Below are positions 39,522 through 49,225 of a DNA stretch of 64,000 nt, in pieces. The position numbers were made by a program, and so were the translations under genes. Under the pieces are notes generated by a model, which saw only the letters and a list, made by a program, of their open reading frames with translations, was not told the origin of the DNA and made no database searches. This DNA comes from Pseudomonadota bacterium (GTDB taxonomy: Bacteria > Pseudomonadota > Gammaproteobacteria > HK1), in the NCBI GenBank assembly GCA_039030335.1, contig JBCCEJ010000004.1, positions 9,771-73,770 of the forward strand, written 5' to 3'. How positions within the stretch are numbered: the stretch's first letter is position 1; each line of letters starts with the position of its first letter.

Positions 39522-39971
39522 ATGGCGTTACTGCAATTGGGCGTGCATGCGCCGGACTTCGCGTTGCCCAATCAGGACGACCGGACCATCCGTCTGCGTG
39601 ACCTGCGCGGGCGCAAGGTAGTGGTCTGGTTTTTCTCGCGCGCCTTCGGCAGTAACTGAACGAAAGAAGCGATCGGGTTCCGTGATCGAATCCTGGACTT
39701 CGAAGCTGCCGGCACGACCGTGCTCGGCGTGACCTTTTCGCCGCTGGATGAGCTGGTCAGGTTCAAAGCGGAGATCGGCTTGGGCTGTGACTTACTTTGC
39801 GACGCCGATCGGTCTGTCGCGATCGATTACGGAGCTGCCGACAGCACAAGCCAGGCGAAAGCCGGCCGGGTTACCGTCGTGATCGACGCCAGCGGGCAGG
39901 TCGCCCACGTTTACGCGCCGGAGGATGTTGCAGGACACGCCGAAGAGGTCCTGGCCGATCTCACGATGTAG
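39522..39971 (+). CDS. bcp: Bcp-type peroxiredoxin (AhpC/TSA family) with an in-frame TGA at codon 46 (39657-39659), exactly where the peroxidatic Cys sits; candidate selenoprotein, otherwise a nonsense pseudogene
   Basis: GGGAG SD 6 nt before ATG 39522. The translation is MALLQLGVHAPDFALPNQDDRTIRLRDLRGRKVVVWFFSRAFGSN-[TGA]-TKEAIGFRDRILDFEAAGTTVLGVTFSPLDELVRFKAEIGLGCDLL... It aligns to E. coli Bcp (...[23 protein letters not shown]...) on both sides of the TGA in the same frame. Confidence 0.6.
39670..39688 (+). other. short hairpin (CGAUCG-GGUUCCG-UGAUCG) starting 10 nt after the in-frame UGA; candidate minimal bacterial SECIS-like element
   Basis: 6-bp stem including one G:U pair and a 7-nt loop with GU. 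The position is right for a bSECIS (about 11 nt from the UGA). Confidence 0.3.
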
Positions 39972-40063
39972 GCGGCAGGTCGTTGTGTCCACGGCCGGAC
40001 CGCAACGGCGCCCCGAACGCCCGGTTTGCCCGGTGCGTCCGCGCGCCGCGGCGTCACTCAGGA

Positions 40064-41305
40064 TCAGCTCGCGGCCGCGGCGTTTGCAGCTTCTTCCTTG
40101 GCGGCCATCTGGGCTTTCAACTGCGCAGGCGTCAGCCGTACGATGTCTTCGTTTTGGTGGCTGTAGAGGTCGTACTGGTCGGTATCGAGATCTTCGAGCA
40201 CCGTCTTGCCGGCCAGCACGCTCGCTTTCCAGGCCTCGTGTTCCGCGTGGCGCTCATGAAACTCCGGCATGACCTCCTCGGCGAACAGCGTCAGGCTGTC
40301 GCAGATGTCCTGATGCGAAGTCTTGCCGGCCTGGTTCAGCAGGATCACCTGATCGATGTGAGCGGCTTCAAACTGCCGCAGGCGCTTGCGGATGGTCTCC
40401 GGCGATCCGATGAGGCCGTTCTTGAGCGCCGCCTCGGCCTTGTCGGTCTTGCGCCATGCCTGGTAGGCCTCCCACAAGTTCCCCTGCCCTGGTGCGTCCA
40501 CGCCCTTGCGGCCGTAGTACGACAACGCAAAGATGAAGAACGTCCAGCCGGCTGCCTTCTCGAGCGCCTCCTCGTCGGTTTCCGCGCACATGAAGCCGTT
40601 GACGATCGCGACGTTCGGATTGGTCGCATAGTTCGCGAGCCGCCGCGGTGCGTTCAGGAAGGTGTTGTAGTAGCGGTTCACCCAGGCCGTGGCCGCGTCT
40701 GGCGACACGAAGGAGAAACCGAGCGCACCCATGCCCCACGCACCCGCGTCGGCGATCGTCTGGATGTTGGAACACGCCACCCAGAGCGGCGGATGCGGCT
40801 TCTGATAGGGCTTCGGGATGACGTTGCGCGCCGGAAAGTCGAAGAACTGGCCGTGAAACTCCCAGTTCGTTTCCGTGAACATCGGAATGATCGCCTGCAC
40901 GGCCTCTTCCCAACGGTCGCGCTTGCTGCGCACCTGCACGCCAAACGGGTGCAGCTCCGCCGGCCCGGCGCCTTCGCCCATGCCGAGTTCCACTCGTCCG
41001 CCCGAGAGTAAATCGAGGGTCGCTACCTTCTCGGCGACGCGGTGCGGCTGGTTGGTCGTGATCTGGATGACGCCGTGACCGAGGCGGATGTTACGGGTGC
41101 GCTGGCTGGCGGCGCCGAGGAACACTTCGGGTGCCGTGGAGTGCGAGTACTCTTCGAGAAAGTGGTGTTCGACTTCCCACGCATAGTCATAGCCAAGGCG
41201 GTCGGCCAGCTCGATCTCGGTGAGCGAGTTCTGCAGCAGGTCGTGCTCCGCCAGATCGTGCCACGGGCGTGGGAGTTGATGTTCGTAGAAGACGCCAAAC
41301 TTCAT
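40064..41305 (-). CDS. LLM-class (luciferase-like) flavin-dependent oxidoreductase
   Basis: MKFGVFYEHQL N terminus typical of LLM proteins. GGAG SD 9 nt upstream of ATG 41305. The ORF track gives 41416. Confidence 0.8.
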   Translation of the reverse strand: MKFGVFYEHQLPRPWHDLAEHDLLQNSLTEIELADRLGYDYAWEVEHHFLEEYSHSTAPEVFLGAASQRTRNIRLGHGVIQITTNQPHRVAEKVATLDLLSGGRVELGMGEGAGPAELHPFGVQVRSKRDRWEEAVQAIIPMFTETNWEFHGQFFDFPARNVIPKPYQKPHPPLWVACSNIQTIADAGAWGMGALGFSFVSPDAATAWVNRYYNTFLNAPRRLANYATNPNVAIVNGFMCAETDEEALEKAAGWTFFIFALSYYGRKGVDAPGQGNLWEAYQAWRKTDKAEAALKNGLIGSPETIRKRLRQFEAAHIDQVILLNQAGKTSHQDICDSLTLFAEEVMPEFHERHAEHEAWKASVLAGKTVLEDLDTDQYDLYSHQNEDIVRLTPAQLKAQMAAKEEAANAAAAS

Positions 41306-41469
41306 GGGTTCACTCCGTTGTAGGACGCTTACGCCGAGGAATGGCTGCCTGGGTGACAGCTTCGCGGGCAGTGCTCCAAGAACGTCACCTTGAATGACCC
41401 ACCGACGCCATGGCAAGCATCGTGTAGATTAACGAGCCATATCCCGAAACTCTGACGGAGCGTCACTAC

Positions 41470-43803
41470 GTGAGTGCCGAGTTGCATGACTTCGAGCGCT
41501 ACGCCATCGGACAGTCGGTCTCGCGAACGGAAGACCCGCGCCTGCTGACCGGAACCGGCACCTACACCGCCGATCTCCACTTCGACGGCATGGCGTATGG
41601 CTACGTGCTTCGGTCGCCCTACGCGCACGCCCATATCGAGCTGTTGGATGTCAGCGCGGCCCGCGGACTGTCCGGCGTGCTCGACGTGCTGCTGTGGGCT
41701 GATATGGCCGCGAGCGACGTGGGTTTGCTGCCTTGCAACAATCCGATCAAGAGCCGCGATGGTACGCCGCTCATCAAACCGCGCCGACCGTCGCTGGCGG
41801 ACGGTACGGTGCGCTATGTGGGCGAACCGTTGGCTCTCATCGTCGCGGAGTCGCTGGCCATTGCCCGCGAGGCGGCGGAACTGATCGAGCTCGAAGTGGA
41901 CGAGCTGCCGGCGGTGACCGACTTCATGGAAGCGATGGCCGACGGGGCGCCGCAGTTGCACGACGAGGCGCCGAACAACGTCGCGCTCGACTGGGAGTTC
42001 GGTGACGCGGATACCGTAGACACGGCGATGCGCGGCGCTGCGCACGTTTCGCGCCTGGTGCTCGGCAGCAACCGCCTCGTGATCAATCCGATGGAGCCGC
42101 GCGCGGCGATCGGCGAATACGTAGACGGACGCTACATCCTGCACGTCGGCTCACAAGGTGTATTCGGTATGCGCAATGTCATGGCGCGCAACGTCATGAA
42201 CGTGCCAGACGAGCAGATGCATGTGCGTACCTACGACGTCGGCGGGTCGTTTGGCATGAAGTCGGCAGTGTACCCGGAATACGGGCCGCTGCTGCTTGCG
42301 GCGCGCCGTCTCGGGCGTCCGGTGAAGTGGGTCGATGACCGGTCCGACAGCTTCGTCTCCGATCAGCACGGGCGCGACAGCGAAGCACATGTCGAAATCG
42401 GATTCGACGCTGACGGGCGCATCGTCGCCGGTCGCGTGTATTGCTACTGCGCCAACGGAGGTTATCTGAGCCCGGGCGGACCGTCGATGCATACCGGCAA
42501 CATTCCGCGCAATTTCCCAGGGCCGTACCGGTTGCCGCTGCTCTATGCCAGAACACGTGCCATGTTCACGAACACGACCCCTATCGGCGCGTACCGCGGG
42601 GCGGGGCGTCCGGAAGGCGTTTACTACATGGAGCGCGTGCTGACCCAGGCGGCCCACGAACTGGGGATCGACGCCGTCGAGCTCAGGCTGTTGAATCTCA
42701 TCGAGCCGGAAGCCCTGCCTTACGCGGCCGTATCGAAGCTGACCTACGACAGCGGCGACTTCCCGGGGATTTTGCGCGACGGGCTCGTGCACGCCGACTG
42801 GGACGGCTTCGAGGCGCGCCGGGCCCAGTCCGAAAGCCAGGGCAAACTGCGCGGACGCGGTTTTGCCTGCTATATGGAGGCGACGGGCGCGCCGGCTCGC
42901 GAGATGGGCGGCATTCGCTTCGAGGGTGACGGCACCGTCACGATGATCTCCGGTTCGCTCAACTACGGACAGGGGCATGCGGGTACTTTTGCGCAGATAG
43001 TGAGTTCGCACCTCGGCGTGCCGTTTGAACGGCTGCGGCTCATTCAGGGTGACAGCGATGAGGTGATCGCTGGTGCCGGGTCGGGCGGTTCGCGTACGGT
43101 TATCTCCGCGGGCGCGCTATTGCTGAAAGCGGCAGACGAAGTGATCGACCGCGGTAAGCAGGTAACCGGTTTCCTGCTCGAGGCCGATGCTGGCGATATC
43201 GAGTTCGAACGTGGGCGCTTTCGCATCGTCGGAACGGACCGCGGTATGACCATCATGCAGGTCGCCGAGGCGTTTCAGACCCTGGACGCGGTGCCGGCAG
43301 AGCTGGTCGGCGGCATGGACGTCAGATTGACGGATGACGCACCGCCATCCGCGTTTCCAAACGGCTGCCATGTCGCCGAGGTGGAGATCGACCCGGAGAC
43401 CGGAGAAGTCGCCGTGGACCGCTATGCCGTCATGGATGACTTCGGTACGCTCATCAACCCGATGCTCGTCGAAGGTCAGGTACAGGGCGGCGTGGCCCAG
43501 GGCCTCGGCCAGGCGCTGTTGGAACGTACGGTGTACGACGAGGACGGTCAGTTGCTGACCGGCTCGTTCATGGATTACACGATGCCGCGCGCCACCGATA
43601 TGCCAGACATCGCGTTTGCATCCCGCCCGATCCCCGCGACGACCAATCCGCTGGGTGCCAAGGGGTGCGGAGAAGCCGGCACGACGGGTTCTTTGCCTGC
43701 GATCATGAATGCCATCGTCGACGTGCTGAAAAAGGAACGCGGTATCGAGCACTTCGACATGCCCGCGACGCCGGAACGGATCTGGCGCGCATTGCACACC
43801 TGA
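41470..43803 (+). CDS. xanthine dehydrogenase/CO dehydrogenase-family molybdopterin-binding large subunit (form-II CoxL-like, AYRGAGR motif)
   Basis: GTG start. 777 aa with the aldehyde-oxidase/XDH a/b-hammerhead and MoCo-binding domains. AYRGAGRPEG motif. Confidence 0.85.
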   Translation: MSAELHDFERYAIGQSVSRTEDPRLLTGTGTYTADLHFDGMAYGYVLRSPYAHAHIELLDVSAARGLSGVLDVLLWADMAASDVGLLPCNNPIKSRDGTPLIKPRRPSLADGTVRYVGEPLALIVAESLAIAREAAELIELEVDELPAVTDFMEAMADGAPQLHDEAPNNVALDWEFGDADTVDTAMRGAAHVSRLVLGSNRLVINPMEPRAAIGEYVDGRYILHVGSQGVFGMRNVMARNVMNVPDEQMHVRTYDVGGSFGMKSAVYPEYGPLLLAARRLGRPVKWVDDRSDSFVSDQHGRDSEAHVEIGFDADGRIVAGRVYCYCANGGYLSPGGPSMHTGNIPRNFPGPYRLPLLYARTRAMFTNTTPIGAYRGAGRPEGVYYMERVLTQAAHELGIDAVELRLLNLIEPEALPYAAVSKLTYDSGDFPGILRDGLVHADWDGFEARRAQSESQGKLRGRGFACYMEATGAPAREMGGIRFEGDGTVTMISGSLNYGQGHAGTFAQIVSSHLGVPFERLRLIQGDSDEVIAGAGSGGSRTVISAGALLLKAADEVIDRGKQVTGFLLEADAGDIEFERGRFRIVGTDRGMTIMQVAEAFQTLDAVPAELVGGMDVRLTDDAPPSAFPNGCHVAEVEIDPETGEVAVDRYAVMDDFGTLINPMLVEGQVQGGVAQGLGQALLERTVYDEDGQLLTGSFMDYTMPRATDMPDIAFASRPIPATTNPLGAKGCGEAGTTGSLPAIMNAIVDVLKKERGIEHFDMPATPERIWRALHT

Positions 43804-43816
43804 GGAACGCAAACAG

Positions 43817-46213
43817 ATGCACGCGCCCGGGTCTGGCCTGATCGGAACGCCCCATCCGCGTCTCGAGGACCCGCGGTTGCTGACCGGGCGCGGGCAGTAT
43901 CTTGATGACCATGCGCCGGCCGGCTGTGTCCACGCGGTATTCGTGCGGAGCGAACACGCGCACGCCGAAATTCTCGCTATCGATGTGAGTCCGGCGTTGG
44001 CGGCCACTGACGTGCTGGATGTATTGACTGCGAGTGATCTGGATGCGCTCGGCCTGGGCGATCTCTGGCCAAACGCGCGCACGAATCCGCACACGGGCGA
44101 ACCGTTCCGGTTCGAGCCGATGCCGGTGCTCGCGCGCGGCCGGGTGCGTTACGTCGGCGAACCTGTGGCGTGCGTTGTCGCCTGTTCGCGCGACGCGGCC
44201 GCGGATGCCGCCGCGCTGGTGGATATCGACTATGCGCCGATCGCGGCAGCCGCGACGATGACGAGCGCGCTGGCGGCCGACGCACCAGCGATCTGCGCGG
44301 CCGCGCCGGGTAACCTCTGTATGGACTGGTTCACGACCGCGCCGCGTGAGGATGAGGACGCGGTAGATCGGGCGTTTGCCGAAGCCGCACACGTGGTGTC
44401 GCTCGACTGTCACAACCATCGGATCGCCGCTCAGCCGATGGAATGTCGGGGCGCACTGGGTGAATTCGACGCCCAAACGCGGCGCTATACCCTTACGCTC
44501 GCCAGCCAGAACGTGCACTCGATGCGCGACCATTTGCGCGGCGCGCTTGGCCAGAGTCAACCAGTGCATGGGGGCGCGCCGGCGCGCAAGTCGTTTCCCG
44601 ATCTGCGCGTGTTGGCACGTGATGTCGGCGGCGGATTTGGCTCGCGCAATTTCGTCTACCCGGAATATGCTGCCGTGCTCGTCGCCGCCGAGCGGCTGGG
44701 CCGACCGGTCAAGTGGGTAGCCTCGCGGTCGGAAGCGTGTATGTCGGACCACCCGGCCCGGGACGCAACGCTCAAGGTATCGCTGGCGCTGACCGCCGAA
44801 GGGCGTTTTCTGGCGATGCGCGCCGACGCGCTGTTCAACGCCGGCGGATACATGACCGGCGTCGCCTGCGGCGTACCCACCGGCCAATACATGGCTGCGC
44901 CGAGCACTGTGTACGATATCGCGCGCGTCGCTCTCCGGCTCCGCGTGGTGCTGACGAACACGGTGCCAATCGGTGTGACTCGCGGTCCCGGCTTCGCCGA
45001 GACGGTGGATCCACTGGAACGCCTTATCGACAAGGCCGCGCGTGAACTCGACATCGACCGACTCGAATTGCGGCGCCGCAACTTCGTGCGCACCGCCCGC
45101 ATGCCATGGCGCAATGCCGCCGGTACGCGGATCGACAGCGGTGATTTCCAGGCTTGCCTCGACAAGGCACTCGCACATGCGGATGTCGGCGGGTTTGCCG
45201 CCCGTGCCGCCGAGGCGCGCGAGCGCGGCCGCCTGCGCGGCTACGGGGTCGCGTGCCATATCAAAGGGACTGGCGGATCGCCCGAAGAAAACGTGCACTT
45301 CGGTTTTGACTTCAATGAGGGGGCCGGCGAGCGAAGCGAACGCCTCGTGTTCACGACCGGCACGCAGGCGATCGGGCAAGGCCACGAAACCTCGTTTCGC
45401 CAGATCGTCGCAACGCTGTTCGGCGTGCCGATGAGCGCTGTCGCCTACCGGGCTGGCGACACAGCCCTGATTCCGTTCGGTGGTGGGCACGGCAGTTCCC
45501 GCGCGACCTTCATGGCGTCGCAGGCGATGGTCTACGCGGCGAAAGCGGTCATCGCAAAGGGGCGTAGGGTTGCGGCCGACCTGTTTGAAGCGAGCCCGGG
45601 CGATGTGCGCTTCGAGTCGGGCGAGTTCTATGTAGACGGCACGGATCTCCGCGCGGGCTTGTTCGACGTGGCGCGTGAAGCGCGCGCGCTGGGCAGTTCG
45701 CTCGATACCTATCAGCACACTATTCGTGACGAATTGACGTGGCCGAACGGCTGCCACGTGGCCGAGGTGGAGGTGGACGTGGAAACGGGGCAGGTCGAAC
45801 TGCTTCGCTATACCACCGCCGACGACCACGGCGTCATGGTGAACCCGATGCTGGTGTCCGGTCAGGCGCACGGCGCGATCATGCAGGGTGCCGCGCAGGC
45901 ATTGCTCGAACAGGTGCAGTACGCGCCGGACGGACAGCTGCTGACCGGCTCGTTTCTGGACTACGCGATGCCGCGCGCCGCCGACCTGCCGCCACTCGAC
46001 CTGCATTTCTGTCCGACGCGGTGTACGACCAATCCGCTCGGTGTCAAAGGGGCTGGCGAGCCGGGCGCGATCGCCGGTTTTCCAGCGGTGCAAAATGCCA
46101 TCGCGCATGCGTTGGACGTATCGCCGGATGCGTTGCGCGGTGCGGCGACGCCCAACCGCGTCTGGGCACTCATGCAGCGCTCGGCAGTGCCGTCGGTCGA
46201 CACCGGCACATAG
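43817..46213 (+). CDS. second xanthine dehydrogenase-family molybdopterin-binding large subunit (tandem paralog)
   Basis: 798 aa, collinear with the previous gene (both have the NGCHVAEVE(I/V)D motif). 13-bp intergenic gap. Confidence 0.85.
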   Translation: MHAPGSGLIGTPHPRLEDPRLLTGRGQYLDDHAPAGCVHAVFVRSEHAHAEILAIDVSPALAATDVLDVLTASDLDALGLGDLWPNARTNPHTGEPFRFEPMPVLARGRVRYVGEPVACVVACSRDAAADAAALVDIDYAPIAAAATMTSALAADAPAICAAAPGNLCMDWFTTAPREDEDAVDRAFAEAAHVVSLDCHNHRIAAQPMECRGALGEFDAQTRRYTLTLASQNVHSMRDHLRGALGQSQPVHGGAPARKSFPDLRVLARDVGGGFGSRNFVYPEYAAVLVAAERLGRPVKWVASRSEACMSDHPARDATLKVSLALTAEGRFLAMRADALFNAGGYMTGVACGVPTGQYMAAPSTVYDIARVALRLRVVLTNTVPIGVTRGPGFAETVDPLERLIDKAARELDIDRLELRRRNFVRTARMPWRNAAGTRIDSGDFQACLDKALAHADVGGFAARAAEARERGRLRGYGVACHIKGTGGSPEENVHFGFDFNEGAGERSERLVFTTGTQAIGQGHETSFRQIVATLFGVPMSAVAYRAGDTALIPFGGGHGSSRATFMASQAMVYAAKAVIAKGRRVAADLFEASPGDVRFESGEFYVDGTDLRAGLFDVAREARALGSSLDTYQHTIRDELTWPNGCHVAEVEVDVETGQVELLRYTTADDHGVMVNPMLVSGQAHGAIMQGAAQALLEQVQYAPDGQLLTGSFLDYAMPRAADLPPLDLHFCPTRCTTNPLGVKGAGEPGAIAGFPAVQNAIAHALDVSPDALRGAATPNRVWALMQRSAVPSVDTGT

Positions 46214-46252
46214 CGCTCGGTCGTGGGCGCGTCGCGCGTACCGGCGCGTCGA

Positions 46253-47782
46253 TCAGGCGGGCACCGGCTTGCGCGTACGCAGAAGAAATACGAGCGGCAT
46301 CGCGACCGTTGTCACGACACTCAGGAACACATACACGTTCAGGAAACCGACTACTCGCGCCTGTTCGATCACCATCTGATAGAGCGACAGCAGGCCGGAG
46401 CGCGAATCGGCGTTGGCAGCGGCGAGCGCCGCCGTTTCGCGCATGGATTCGCTAAACGGCGTGATGTTCTCGCGCAGTTCGATGTAGTTGACCTGTGCGG
46501 AATGCACGAGTACCGCGATGACGACGGACGTGCCGGCGCTCGCGCCGATCGCGCGGATCAGCGCAAACAATGCCGCGCCCTCGACACGAAAACGCGGTTC
46601 CAGGGTCGAGAACGTAACGGTTGTCAGTGTGACCCACATCATGCCCATGCCGAAGCCGCTGAGAAGCGTTGCCCAGATCACGTCTGCAACGCCGACATCA
46701 GCATTCCAGGTCGTCATCCATGCATTACTGACCAGCAGGCAAATCAGCCCGGCCAGGACCAGATACTGATTCGGAAATCGATCTGACAGATACCCGCCTG
46801 ACATCATTGCGAGCATCGTGCCGATGCCGCGTACCGACAGCAGCCAGCCCGCCGTTAGCACCGGGTAGGCCTGTACGGTCTGCAGAAACAGTGGCAGCAC
46901 CAGCATCGTCGAAAACGCGCAGATACCGAATACGAAGATCAGCACGAGGCCGACGACAAAGTTGCGATCTTTGAAGATCGCGAGGTTCAGGTACGGATCG
47001 CGGTGCGTCAGGCAGTGTGCGATGAAGATGTACGCGCAAAGGGCCGCAATCGCCGCTTCGAGCACAATTTCCGTAGATTCGAACCAATCCTGGCTCTGCC
47101 CGCGATCGAGCATCAACTGCAGCGCGCAGACCGAGGCCGTCAGCGTCAGCACGCCGATCCAGTCGAGCCTTCGGCGTGTATCTTCGGATTTCGGCAGCAC
47201 CAGCCAGATGCCGGCCAGCGCCAGCATGCCGAGCGGCACGTTGATAAGAAACACGTAGCGCCAGCCGTACCATTCGGTCAACAGAGCGCCGACCGTCGGC
47301 CCGAGCACCGGACCGAGGATCATACCCATCGACCAGATGCTCATTGCGAAGCCGTGCCGCTCGCGCGGATAGGTATCGAGCATGATGGCTTGCGAGATAG
47401 GTAGCAGCGGTGCGCTCACGAACCCCTGCAGGAAACGGTAGAGCACCAGATCGTGCAAACCCGTAGCCGTGCTGCAGAGCATTGCGGTTAGCGTGAAGCC
47501 GATGATCGAGGCGAGGAATACGTTTCGCCTTCCGAACCGGCTCGTCAGCCAGCCTGTGAAGATCGTGCCGATCGCGCTCGCGAGCACAAACGCGGTGATG
47601 ACCCACCCGATCTGACTCGGGGTTGCCGACAGGTTGCCCTGCATGTCCGGCAATGCCACGTAGGCCGTGGTCATGTTGACAGCGTGTAGCAGTGACGCGG
47701 CCAACACCGGCACGGTGATGATGACGCGTTCGGCGCGGGTGAACGGCCCGGTAGCCGGTTTGCTGATGATGGGGACGTTCAC
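46253..47782 (-). CDS. MFS transporter, DHA2 (EmrB/QacA) family, 14 transmembrane segments
   Basis: DHA2 signature GWLTSRFGRRNVF. 509 aa. Confidence 0.85.
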   Translation of the reverse strand: MNVPIISKPATGPFTRAERVIITVPVLAASLLHAVNMTTAYVALPDMQGNLSATPSQIGWVITAFVLASAIGTIFTGWLTSRFGRRNVFLASIIGFTLTAMLCSTATGLHDLVLYRFLQGFVSAPLLPISQAIMLDTYPRERHGFAMSIWSMGMILGPVLGPTVGALLTEWYGWRYVFLINVPLGMLALAGIWLVLPKSEDTRRRLDWIGVLTLTASVCALQLMLDRGQSQDWFESTEIVLEAAIAALCAYIFIAHCLTHRDPYLNLAIFKDRNFVVGLVLIFVFGICAFSTMLVLPLFLQTVQAYPVLTAGWLLSVRGIGTMLAMMSGGYLSDRFPNQYLVLAGLICLLVSNAWMTTWNADVGVADVIWATLLSGFGMGMMWVTLTTVTFSTLEPRFRVEGAALFALIRAIGASAGTSVVIAVLVHSAQVNYIELRENITPFSESMRETAALAAANADSRSGLLSLYQMVIEQARVVGFLNVYVFLSVVTTVAMPLVFLLRTRKPVPA

Positions 47783-47844
47783 GGCCGCTCCAACGGCCGC
47801 GCGGGCAGGTCACTCCTGCGCCTTCGCGCCATAGCTGACAAGAT

Positions 47845-49086
47845 TCAAGAGTCTCCGGCGATGCCAGCGCGGTCCAGTACGGCGTGCAGCAGCACGTTGG
47901 CTCCGGCTGCCAGATCGGCAGACTCGGCGGACTCCAGTTCGTTATGGCTCAGTCCGTCAGCGCAGGGTACGAAGATCATGGCCGTTGGCGTTACGTTGGC
48001 AACCTGCACGGCATCGTGACCGGCGCCGGAGACCATATCCCGATACGGGTAGCCGAGCGCGACCGTGGCATTGCGTACCGCGTTGACGCAACCGTCATCG
48101 AACGGCGTCGGCGGGCTGTACCAGATCTGCTCACAGGCGATCGCGACGTCGCGATCGCGCTGCACGCGTTCGACCAGCCGGGCGATCGCAGCGGCCATCG
48201 AGGACAACGCGTCGTCATCAGGATTGCGCACATCTATCGTCAGTTCGACGCTGCCCGGGATCGTATTGCGTGAGTTTGGCGAAACGGCGAGCGCCCCAAC
48301 GGTTGCGACGCCCGGCGGATGTGCCAACGCGATTTGCTCGACGGACTGCACCAGCATCGCCGCTGCGATCAGCGCGTCTTTGCGCCGTTCCATCGGCGTG
48401 GTACCCGTATGCGAGTCGCGCCCGGTGATCGACACGTCATACCAGCGCTGCCCTTGCCCGCCGGTGACGACCCCGATGGTCTCCTCGTAATGTTCGAGCA
48501 CCGGGCCTTGCTCAATGTGAGCTTCGAACAACGCCTTGAACTGACGCTTGCCGACCGGTTCGTCTCCGTCATAACCGATGGCCCGCAGCGCTTCGCCGAA
48601 AGTGACGCCGTCCACGTCGGCACGGCTCATCGCAAAGTCCAGATCGAACAAACCGGCGTGGACGCCCGAGGCCAACATCGCGGGCGCAAATCGTGAGCCT
48701 TCTTCATTGGTCCAGTTGACGATCTCAATGGGTGTCTGAGTCTTGATGCCGTGATCGTTCAGGGTGCGAACCACTTCGAGGCCCGCCAACACGCCGAACA
48801 CGCCATCGAACTTGCCGCCGGTTGGCTGGGTGTCGAGGTGCGAGCCCGTCGCGACGGCTGGCGCGTGCGTGTCCGCGCCAGGGCGGCGCGCGAACATGTT
48901 GCCGATCTCGTCGACGGCGATTTCACACCCGGCCTCTTCGCACCAACTGGCGAACAACTCCCGGGCCGCCTTGTCTTCATCGGTCAACGCGAGACGGCAG
49001 GAGCCGCCCTTTGATGTCGCGCCAATCTCGGCCATGGCCATGATGCTGGCCCAGAGACGTTCCTGGTTGATTCGGATGTTGTCCAC
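47845..49086 (-). CDS. M20-family Zn-dependent amidohydrolase (allantoate amidohydrolase / N-carbamoyl-L-amino-acid hydrolase type)
   Basis: INQERLWASIMAMAEIGATSKGG...GSHLDTQPTGGKFDG motifs. GTG 49086 is preceded by a GGAGAA SD 7 nt upstream. The ORF-track start at 49248 adds an Arg-rich leader. Confidence 0.75.
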   Translation of the reverse strand: MDNIRINQERLWASIMAMAEIGATSKGGSCRLALTDEDKAARELFASWCEEAGCEIAVDEIGNMFARRPGADTHAPAVATGSHLDTQPTGGKFDGVFGVLAGLEVVRTLNDHGIKTQTPIEIVNWTNEEGSRFAPAMLASGVHAGLFDLDFAMSRADVDGVTFGEALRAIGYDGDEPVGKRQFKALFEAHIEQGPVLEHYEETIGVVTGGQGQRWYDVSITGRDSHTGTTPMERRKDALIAAAMLVQSVEQIALAHPPGVATVGALAVSPNSRNTIPGSVELTIDVRNPDDDALSSMAAAIARLVERVQRDRDVAIACEQIWYSPPTPFDDGCVNAVRNATVALGYPYRDMVSGAGHDAVQVANVTPTAMIFVPCADGLSHNELESAESADLAAGANVLLHAVLDRAGIAGDS

Positions 49087-49225
49087 ACAGGTTCTCCAAG
49101 TTGGTCCGACGTCGCGCGTCGGCCAACACCGCGGCCGGGTCCGGGCCGGCCGCAGTCTCGCCACATGACGGCAATGGTAAAGTCTAGGCACGCACACGCG
49201 CAGCAACTTTCGAGAGCGATACGAC

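Noticed and set aside
39797-41011. 404-aa plus-strand ORF opposite the LLM oxidoreductase
   Set aside because: Extremely Arg-rich (RRRSVCRDRLRSCRQ...). It overlaps a well-supported LLM-family gene on the other strand.
43703-46108. 801-aa minus-strand ORF spanning the second Mo-hydroxylase gene
   Set aside because: Antisense to a gene with clear XDH-family motifs. The Arg/Gly-rich translation has no recognisable domains. This is a classic long antisense ORF in high-GC DNA.
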